From: an uncultured Muribaculaceae bacterium
Lineage (GTDB): Bacteria; Bacillota_I; Bacilli_A; RF39; UBA660
Reading direction: 5' to 3'
Assembly: GCA_964369865.1 (NCBI GenBank)
Contig: CAYJFL010000001.1
Location: 772 to 64,771, forward strand
Length of the DNA: 64,000 nt
The notes under the pieces were generated by a model that was given only the letters and a program-made list of their open reading frames with translations, had not been told where the DNA came from and did not search any database. Both the position numbers and the translations under genes were made by a program. Below are positions 56,940-64,000 of the stretch, one piece after another (position 1 is the first letter of the stretch; each line of letters starts with the position of its first letter).

Positions 56940-58031
56940 ATGAAAATAAAATTAATATTAATTTTGTTGGTTTTAATTTTATTTTGTGGTTGTAATAATA
57001 CAAAAGAAAATATAATTTTAGTTACAAATATCCATTTAAATGAAACTAGTTTACCTTACTTTAATTTACCGCTCTTAGATCAAAAAATATTTTCAATTAT
57101 CACTGATAATGATGTTAATAAAATAAATTTTTATAATATTAAAAATAATATAATATCTGTATCATTTGAAACAAATAACACTAATTTTACAATAAATTAT
57201 AATTTAGTTAAAGATGAGTTTATTACTTTAGATAATATTTTATCATCAACTGATATTAAAAATATTCACACCATTATAAATAATAAAAACTCTAATCTAT
57301 CTATTAAAGATATATTAGATTGTAACTACATTTTTACTGATGATAGTATTATTTTTTTCTTGAAAAATACTTACACTATACCTTTTGATAAGTTTAATAA
57401 AGATTTTAACATTAGTACTAGTACGTTTTCTGTAAATAATAATATTGATTTGAATAAAAAAAGTATTGCATTAACTTTTGATGATGGACCTAGTAAATAT
57501 ACTGAAGAAATAGTTAATATATTTAAAAAATATAATGGTCGTGGTACTTTTTTTATTGTTGGCAATAAAATTAATAATTATCAGGATTTATTAACTAAGT
57601 TAATTAATAGTGGCCACGAAATAGGAAATCATACAGAAACTCATAGTTGGCTAACTGGTAGTAATAATCAAATTAATAATGAAATTGTGAATTGTCAAAA
57701 TAGTATTAAAGAAAGTCTTAATATTACTCCAAAAATTTTTAGACCAACATATGGTTCGATTAATGACAACATTAGAACGATTGCCAAGAATAATAATTTA
57801 GAAGTTTTAATGTGGGATGTAGATTCTAATGATTGGAAATATACTAATCCTGAGGTGATTGCTAACAATGTAATAAAAAAAGTTGAAAACCTAGATATAG
57901 TTTTAATGCATGACTTAAAAGAATCATCCAAAGATGCTGTTGATTTAATTTTATTAAATTTGAGTAAAAAGGACTATCAATTTGTGACTGTAAGTGAAAT
58001 ATTATTGATAAAAAAATATTATGACAAATAA
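56940..58031 (+). CDS. Polysaccharide/peptidoglycan deacetylase lipoprotein (NodB domain; PdaA/PgdA-like)
   Basis: Lipobox LILFCGC, then a C-terminal NodB domain (ALTFDDGPSKYT, GHEIGNHTETH, LMHD). The track ORF starts at 56928. Confidence 0.8.
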   Translation: MKIKLILILLVLILFCGCNNTKENIILVTNIHLNETSLPYFNLPLLDQKIFSIITDNDVNKINFYNIKNNIISVSFETNNTNFTINYNLVKDEFITLDNILSSTDIKNIHTIINNKNSNLSIKDILDCNYIFTDDSIIFFLKNTYTIPFDKFNKDFNISTSTFSVNNNIDLNKKSIALTFDDGPSKYTEEIVNIFKKYNGRGTFFIVGNKINNYQDLLTKLINSGHEIGNHTETHSWLTGSNNQINNEIVNCQNSIKESLNITPKIFRPTYGSINDNIRTIAKNNNLEVLMWDVDSNDWKYTNPEVIANNVIKKVENLDIVLMHDLKESSKDAVDLILLNLSKKDYQFVTVSEILLIKKYYDK

Positions 58032-58416
58032 GACTGTTAATGATGTAGAAACTGAAATAATAACTACTCAAATTTTAGGTAGTTTTGGTTTTTTAATTAG
58101 TGCAATAATTTCTATTATTGTTAGTCTAGAATTATACTATGAAAAAAAAACAGGAGTTCCACTGTTTCCAAATAATGAAGGCGAACAATTAGAAACTTTT
58201 AATAAACTATTATTATTAACAATTGTAGTTGTTTTGTTTTTTAATAGTTTACGCACATTACAACTTGAAATTGATAGTGATGGTGAAGTTGATAATGCTA
58301 AGCTTGGCAGTCTCATTGCCTTCATTACTTTAATTGGTGCTGCTCTATCAGTTTATAGTATTAAATTTAGTAATGATGAGTTAAATATTACTGATATCGA
58401 AGACTTTATATTATAA
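58021..58416 (+). CDS. Hypothetical small membrane protein
   Basis: 131 aa with 3 predicted TM helices; overlaps the deacetylase stop by 11 nt. No family recognised. Confidence 0.4.
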   Translation: MTNKTVNDVETEIITTQILGSFGFLISAIISIIVSLELYYEKKTGVPLFPNNEGEQLETFNKLLLLTIVVVLFFNSLRTLQLEIDSDGEVDNAKLGSLIAFITLIGAALSVYSIKFSNDELNITDIEDFIL

Positions 58417-58441
58417 AAAAATCTCTTAAAAGAGATTTTTA
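58414..58441. terminator. Bidirectional rho-independent terminator
   Basis: atctct-taaa-agagat hairpin flanked by A-run and T-run, between convergent genes. Confidence 0.6.
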
Positions 58442-58442
58442 T

Positions 58443-58685
58443 TTAACATCCACCATTACTGTCACAACTACAATTACAGTCAGAGCCACATCTATCTATA
58501 ATTATTTCATTAGTAGTTAATATTGTTTCTATTTCTTTATTTCTAAGTAATTTACCACTAGATACTACTACTTCATCTATTACCATTGCTGGAACAGTCA
58601 TTACACCATACTTAATAACTTCACTCATATCTGTTACATATTCAACATTACTCTCTAATTTTAATTTTTCAACAACTTTAATAAG
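58443..58685 (-). pseudogene. 5'-truncated remnant of a Thioredoxin_3-type (redox-active disulfide protein 2-like) gene with a Cys-rich C-terminal tail
   Basis: In-frame translation upstream of the annotated ATG reads LIKVVEKLKLESNVEYVTD-MSEVIKYGVMTVPAMVIDEVVVSSGKLL, the C-terminal half of the small thioredoxin-fold family. The N-terminal CxxC half is absent: a TAA lies 19 codons upstream, only about 15 nt from the polC stop. The tail is CGSDCNCSCDSNGGC. Confidence 0.45.
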
Positions 58686-58691
58686 TTATTT

Positions 58692-61600
58692 TTAAAATAA
58701 ACTAAGTTGGCTAGATTCATCCATGCCATCTAATATTTTCATCATACGCATTTTTTCTATTAATGTTGATGAAATTTTACAGCGTTTTTGTAAGTCTTCT
58801 ATTGATAAAAATGGTTTTTTCACTCTTTCTTCAACTATATTATGAGCAACCGTATCTCCGAGTCCTTCAATAGTTTTAAATGGAGGATATAAGGTTGTTT
58901 CATCTTTAATTTTAAAGTTCATACTATCACTTTCATTTAAATCAATATTTGCAAATTTAAAACCACGAGCAGTTGCTTCTAAAGCAACTTTTAAACACTC
59001 CAAAATAGCTGTTTCTTTATTAGTAACATCATATCCTTTATTTGTAATTTCAATAATCTTATTTTTTATTGCGTCATATCCTTTAATCATTACATCGATA
59101 TCATAATCATCTGGTCGATTTGAAAAATAAGCCGTATAGTAAAATAAAGGTTTATGCACTTTGAACCAAGCAATTCTAAGAGCACTCATTACATAAGCAA
59201 CCGCATGTGCTTTTGGGAACATATATTTAATTTTACGACAAGATTCAATATACCATTCTGGTATTTTAGCTTCTTTTAATGTTGCTGCATAATCTTGCCA
59301 TATATCAGGCTGTTTAGTTGGGCGACCTTTACGAACGAATTCCATAATATCAAAGGCCGTTTTAGGCTTAACACCCCAGTTCATAAGACTAACCATTATA
59401 TCATCACGACATCCAATTACTTCTTTAAATGGTACAACATTATTCATAATCAAATCTCTTGCATTACCTGCCCAAACATCAGTTCCGTGAGATAATCCAG
59501 AAATTTTAACTAACTCAGCGAATGTTTTTGGCTTTGTTTCTACTAACATATTCATTACAAATTTAGTACCAAGTTCTGGTATCCCTAGTGCTCCAATTGG
59601 ACACATAATTTGTTCAGGAGTTACTCCTAACTCTTTAGTACTAGATAATATACTTAATACTTTTTTATCAGTAAAAGGTAATGTTGTAACATCTATTCCA
59701 CTTAAATCTTGAAGCATTCTTAAATCAGTAGGATCTTGATGTCCTAAAATATCTAGTTTTAATAAATCCTCTTCAATAGCATGATAATCAAAGTGAGTTG
59801 TTCGCCATGCACTATTAGGATCGTCAGCTGGGAATTGATACGGTGTGAAATCATAAACATCCATGTAACCAGGTACTACTACTATTCCACCTGGATGCTG
59901 TCCACTAGTTCTCTTTACACCAGTACAACCTTTAGCTAAACGCTCTACTTCTGCAGTACGCATCATTAATCCATTATCTTCACAATATCCTTTAACATAA
60001 CCAAAGGCAGTTTTATCAGCTACTGTACCAACAGTACCTGCTCTAAATACATTATCAACTCCAAATAGTTCTTTAGTATATTCATGAATTTTACTTTGAT
60101 TATCTCCTGAAAAGTTAAGATCGATATCAGGTACTTTATCAGCATTAAATCCTAAAAAAGTCGCAAAGGGCATATCTTGTCCTTCATTACGCATAACAGC
60201 ATTACATTTAGGACATTTCTTTTTAGGTAAATCATATCCACTACTATATTCATTACCATATGGTTGATCGTTTTCATCATTAAAAATACTAAGTTTACAC
60301 CCTGGACATAAATAATGAGCTGGTAATGGATTAACTTCTGTAATCCCCATCATAGTTGCTACAAAACTAGAACCAACAGATCCCCTTGAACCAACTAAAT
60401 AACCATCATCATTACTTTTCTTAACTAACTTTTGACTAGTTAAATATATAACGTCAAAACCTCCATTAATAATACTATTTAACTCATATTCGACACGTTC
60501 TTTAATATTATCAGGAAGCGGATTACCATACATACTATGAGCTTTATCATAAACTAAATCTTTTACTATTTGCTCAGAATTTTCAATTTTAGGAGAAAAA
60601 GGAATCCCTCCTGTTTCAATTATTACTTCAATAACATCTACCATAGAAGCAATTTTATTAGGATTGTCAACAATTAATTCATCAGCAACTATTTTATCTA
60701 AATAGTCAAAACCTTCATACATTTCATTAGTAGTTCGGAAATAATTACTAGGTATTTCTTTTATATTATTACGAGCAAGTGGATGTCTACCTCCACCTGG
60801 TATTTTTTGATTAACAATAATTTTACGATAAATATTATCGTTTTCTATATGGTGAACATCTCCACTAGCTACTATAAGTTTACCAGCATTTTTAGTAGCA
60901 TCTACTACTTTCTTTAAATGATTAATAAGTTCTATCTTGCTTCCAAAATCACTCATTTGTAATAAATGATCATAACAATCAATAGGTTGTAGTTCAACAT
61001 AATCATAAAAACTAATTACATTATTTAATTCTTCCATTGTTTTACTTCTAGCTTCAACGAAAACTTCTCCGTTATAACAACCAGATCCTATTAATAAACC
61101 TTCTCTATGTTCTTCAACTACACTTCGCAGTATACGAGGTGTTTTATATAAATATTTAGTAGAGGAATAAGAAACTAATTTAAATAAGTTTTTAAGCCCT
61201 ACTTTATCTTTAGCTAAAATATTTATATGAAAACTACGTCCAAATTTATGAATTTCATCACTACTAACTAAACGATGTAAATCATTAATCGTATCAAAGT
61301 TTCTACTGTCAAGTTTTTGTAACATTTTGTAAAGTACATACGCAGTTGCTTCAGCATCATAATCTGCTCTATGATGAGCATTTTCATCAAATGGAACACT
61401 ATATCTCTTTACTAAAGCTGATAAACTATGTCTAGCAAAAGAAGAATCCATTGTTCTTGAAAGTTCAAGTGTATCTATTACTGTATTTGAAAATGTACCT
61501 AAATTATATTTACTATATGCCATTTCTAAAAATGAAACATCAAATTTAGCGTTATGAGCTACCATAGGTAAATCTTCAAACCAATTAATAAAGTTTTTAA

Positions 61601-63077
61601 CTGCTTCTTCTTCTAAAGGCATTCCTACTAACATATCATCAGTAATATGTGTTATTTCAGTTATTTTTTCTGGTAATGGTCGTTTAGGATCAATTAGTTG
61701 ACTAAATCTATCTATTATTTCTCCATTTTGAATTTTAACAGCACCAATTTCAATTATAGAATCTCCACCCGCTGCATTAAAACCAGTTGTTTCAAAATCG
61801 AATACAACATATGTGTTATCTAAAAGTTTCGTATCATTACCTCTTAAAACAATATTAACAACATCATCTACCATGTTAAGTTCAACACCGTATATCGCTC
61901 TAAATTTATCCTCTTCTTTTTCTATCCCTTTATTTAATCCACATACAGTATGATAAACTTCAGGAAAAGATTGTAATGAATTATGATCTGTAATTGCTAT
62001 GGCTTTATGTCCCCATTTGTGAGCTAATTTAACTATTTCTCCTGCATTACATAAACCATCCATTTGACTCATTTTCGTATGAACATGTAACTCTACACGT
62101 TTATTTAAAGCATCATCAAATCGACTTTCTATTTTTTTACTAATAGTATTCATATCTCTAATTTGAAGTGTTAATTCCTTACTATAAGAATCCATTTTAA
62201 CATTACCACGTACTTGATAAAAATTACCCATTTTAATTTTAGAATTAATTCTCTCAAACTCATCTTTTGAATTAATAAATGTTTTTAAATAAATACTATC
62301 AGTAAAATCAGTAACCTTTAAAGTACCTATAATAAGTCCTGTTTTAGTTTCAAAAAATTCTGGTTTATCATAAAGAGAAACTTCAACAGTTATATTATTA
62401 CCTTCAGTTAAAATATCTTTTAATAAAGTAATTTTAGATTCATTAATAACTCTCCCCATAACTACTTCTTCACTATCATCAATAATCACTTTGCGAACAG
62501 GTTTATTTGTCGGATTATTACTAGTATTATCCTGTGTTTGATTTACTTGATTATTTACAATATTTTCTGGAATATCAACTGTTATTTTAACTTTAGTATC
62601 ACTATTTTCATCAACTATTACATTTAATTTAATATTATTAATTCCACAACTAATTAATTGATTATTTACTGATTTAAATAATTTTTGAAATAATAATTTT
62701 TCATTACTATTATCAACTATAACTTCCATTATATTTTCATTTAATTTTAATTTAATATTTTTAAAAATTATATATGCGACATTAGTCTTAATAATATCTT
62801 CTTTAAAATAATTAAAATAACTTAATATATCATTATCAACTATATTACTAACTTTAAATTTTGCACTAGTTTTTCTAATTGATGGAAATCCTTCTTTTAA
62901 ACTATTATTAAATTTAGATAATATTTCAATAGGCAATATATTGTTTAATTCTATTAAAAAACAATAATCTGTTTTATCTCTATTTCCAACTATTCTATTT
63001 AATTTACCATCTTTAAAATATTGTTTATACTCTAAAAAGTTAATTTGTTTTAATAGTAGTTCTAATTTGTTTTCCAT
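58692..63077 (-). CDS. polC: DNA polymerase III alpha subunit, PolC type
   Basis: 1461 aa with an OB domain, PHP, 3'-5' exonuclease (DEDDh) insert and polymerase core, the Gram-positive PolC architecture. Confidence 0.95.
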   Translation of the reverse strand: MENKLELLLKQINFLEYKQYFKDGKLNRIVGNRDKTDYCFLIELNNILPIEILSKFNNSLKEGFPSIRKTSAKFKVSNIVDNDILSYFNYFKEDIIKTNVAYIIFKNIKLKLNENIMEVIVDNSNEKLLFQKLFKSVNNQLISCGINNIKLNVIVDENSDTKVKITVDIPENIVNNQVNQTQDNTSNNPTNKPVRKVIIDDSEEVVMGRVINESKITLLKDILTEGNNITVEVSLYDKPEFFETKTGLIIGTLKVTDFTDSIYLKTFINSKDEFERINSKIKMGNFYQVRGNVKMDSYSKELTLQIRDMNTISKKIESRFDDALNKRVELHVHTKMSQMDGLCNAGEIVKLAHKWGHKAIAITDHNSLQSFPEVYHTVCGLNKGIEKEEDKFRAIYGVELNMVDDVVNIVLRGNDTKLLDNTYVVFDFETTGFNAAGGDSIIEIGAVKIQNGEIIDRFSQLIDPKRPLPEKITEITHITDDMLVGMPLEEEAVKNFINWFEDLPMVAHNAKFDVSFLEMAYSKYNLGTFSNTVIDTLELSRTMDSSFARHSLSALVKRYSVPFDENAHHRADYDAEATAYVLYKMLQKLDSRNFDTINDLHRLVSSDEIHKFGRSFHINILAKDKVGLKNLFKLVSYSSTKYLYKTPRILRSVVEEHREGLLIGSGCYNGEVFVEARSKTMEELNNVISFYDYVELQPIDCYDHLLQMSDFGSKIELINHLKKVVDATKNAGKLIVASGDVHHIENDNIYRKIIVNQKIPGGGRHPLARNNIKEIPSNYFRTTNEMYEGFDYLDKIVADELIVDNPNKIASMVDVIEVIIETGGIPFSPKIENSEQIVKDLVYDKAHSMYGNPLPDNIKERVEYELNSIINGGFDVIYLTSQKLVKKSNDDGYLVGSRGSVGSSFVATMMGITEVNPLPAHYLCPGCKLSIFNDENDQPYGNEYSSGYDLPKKKCPKCNAVMRNEGQDMPFATFLGFNADKVPDIDLNFSGDNQSKIHEYTKELFGVDNVFRAGTVGTVADKTAFGYVKGYCEDNGLMMRTAEVERLAKGCTGVKRTSGQHPGGIVVVPGYMDVYDFTPYQFPADDPNSAWRTTHFDYHAIEEDLLKLDILGHQDPTDLRMLQDLSGIDVTTLPFTDKKVLSILSSTKELGVTPEQIMCPIGALGIPELGTKFVMNMLVETKPKTFAELVKISGLSHGTDVWAGNARDLIMNNVVPFKEVIGCRDDIMVSLMNWGVKPKTAFDIMEFVRKGRPTKQPDIWQDYAATLKEAKIPEWYIESCRKIKYMFPKAHAVAYVMSALRIAWFKVHKPLFYYTAYFSNRPDDYDIDVMIKGYDAIKNKIIEITNKGYDVTNKETAILECLKVALEATARGFKFANIDLNESDSMNFKIKDETTLYPPFKTIEGLGDTVAHNIVEERVKKPFLSIEDLQKRCKISSTLIEKMRMMKILDGMDESSQLSLF

Positions 63078-63133
63078 CTCACATCACCTAATAATATTGT
63101 ACCAAAATTAAGGCAATAAAAAAAGGAGAAACG

Positions 63134-63544
63134 CTACATTTCACCACTTTCAACTACGTCTAATACTTCATTCCAAATATCTAAACCAGTAAAATAATAA
63201 ACATTTTCATACCCTAGATAAGCCATATGAGCAGCAGCTTTTTCAGCATATCCTCCACCATCATCATATAAAACATAATATTCATTTTTATCTAGTTCAC
63301 CTAATATATTACTATCTATTATAGTTATATAAGTTATATTCATAGCCCCTCTTATATGTCCACTATTAAATTCTTTTTCACCTCTAACATCAATAAAAAT
63401 TGCTGGTTCATTAGTCGTTAAATTTGATATTTCTTCAGTATTTCTAAGTTCATAATAAACAATTTCTTTATTTGAGTTATAAATATATGCTATTAACAAA
63501 AGTATAAATATACAAGTAAAAACTATTATAAGACCTTTTTTCAT
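63134..63544 (-). CDS. Membrane-anchored rhodanese-fold protein lacking the catalytic cysteine
   Basis: 136 aa with an N-terminal TM, then a rhodanese fold (FIDVRGEKEFNSGHIRGAMNI...VLYDDGGGYAEKAAAHM). The active-site position reads D-D-G-G-G instead of C-x-x-G-x-R. Confidence 0.6.
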   Translation of the reverse strand: MKKGLIIVFTCIFILLLIAYIYNSNKEIVYYELRNTEEISNLTTNEPAIFIDVRGEKEFNSGHIRGAMNITYITIIDSNILGELDKNEYYVLYDDGGGYAEKAAAHMAYLGYENVYYFTGLDIWNEVLDVVESGEM

Positions 63545-63605
63545 ATGTTCACCTTCTCTTATTATTATAAACTACTAAAGAATAAATACGCAACAAAAAA
63601 AGAGA

Positions 63606-64000
63606 TTATTTACTCTTTATAAGTACAATACGATCTCTTTTTTGTAAATCTTTTATAACTTCAACTTCAATATTAATTAAATATTTATTTGCTAAATCAA
63701 TCAATGCTTGACCTTGTAGATGTCCAATTTCAAAAGCAATAATAAATTTTTCATTTAAATATTTATCTATATTTTTTAAAATTTCTTCATAAAAATATAA
63801 TCCATTATTATCAGCAAATAAAGCTAAATGTGGTTCATTATTATATACTAATGTATCTATTTTTTCACTTCTATCAATATAGGGAGGATTAGAAACAATT
63901 ATATCATATTTACCTGTAACATTACTTAATATATCACTTTCAATAAAATTTACATTTCCATTTAATTTAGTATTATTAGTTTTAGCTGTAGCAAGTGCTT
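63606..64000 (-). CDS. prmC: Release-factor glutamine N5-methyltransferase (HemK/PrmC), partial: N-terminus beyond the window end
   Basis: Minus-strand translation ends ...NPPYIDRSEKIDTLVYNNEPHLALFADNNGLYFYEEILKNIDKYLNEKFIIAFEIGHLQGQALIDLANKYLINIEVEVIKDLQKRDRIVLIKSK* with the NPPY motif. Confidence 0.75.
   Translation of the reverse strand, partial: ALATAKTNNTKLNGNVNFIESDILSNVTGKYDIIVSNPPYIDRSEKIDTLVYNNEPHLALFADNNGLYFYEEILKNIDKYLNEKFIIAFEIGHLQGQALIDLANKYLINIEVEVIKDLQKRDRIVLIKSK

Noticed and set aside
1-64000. Mollicutes-style genetic code (UGA read as Trp), suggested by the extreme AT-richness
   Set aside because: Long ORFs are intact under the standard code and TGG encodes Trp throughout. 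prfB carries a UGA-dependent frameshift site. Peptidoglycan and sporulation genes are present. UGA is therefore a stop.

Overview
This is a very AT-rich chromosomal segment (roughly 25% GC by eye) from a low-GC, PolC-type Firmicutes-like bacterium. It reads with the standard code: long intact ORFs, TGG for Trp, and TGA/TAA/TAG all used as stops. The organism makes peptidoglycan and spores. About 50 of about 62 genes lie on the minus strand with short intergenic gaps. No rRNA, tRNA, CRISPR, IS element or prophage block was seen. Recognisable housekeeping genes are rpoB (partial), ybxB-like methyltransferase, rplL, rplJ, rplA, rplK, nusG, secE, gatC-gatA-gatB, mraY, two tandem murE-like ligases, ffh, ylxM, ftsY, RNase J, ftsE-ftsX, prfB (with the programmed +1 frameshift), nrdD-nrdG, polC and prmC (partial). 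Sporulation and cell-wall genes are a spoIIAA-like STAS gene next to a sigF-like sigma gene, a Clostridia-style spoVAC-spoVAD-spoVAEb trio, a SpoVB/MurJ-like flippase, a cse60-like mini-gene, yunB, yutD, dacB-type PBP5, a PdaA-like deacetylase, an M23 peptidase, three VanY-type D,D-carboxypeptidases and a CotD-like Cys/His-rich protein. The most unusual points are: (i) nrdD is cut by an in-frame TAG exactly between its Zn-ribbon and its glycyl-radical loop, and a GGGGG Shine-Dalgarno plus ATG restart the glycyl-radical module as a separate 60-aa ORF; (ii) a HerA/FtsK-like ATPase and a 965-aa Ig/DUF285 surface protein sit inside the normally contiguous ftsY-ylxM-ffh operon; (iii) three paralogous uncharacterised proteins are interleaved with three vanY paralogs and a translationally coupled P-type ATPase; (iv) tandem MurE paralogs carry different specificity motifs (DNPR vs DDPH); (v) the spoIIAA-sigF pair has no spoIIAB gene between them; and (vi) there are several degenerate-active-site domains (GGDEF to NGNEF, Cys-less EIIB, Cys-less rhodanese).
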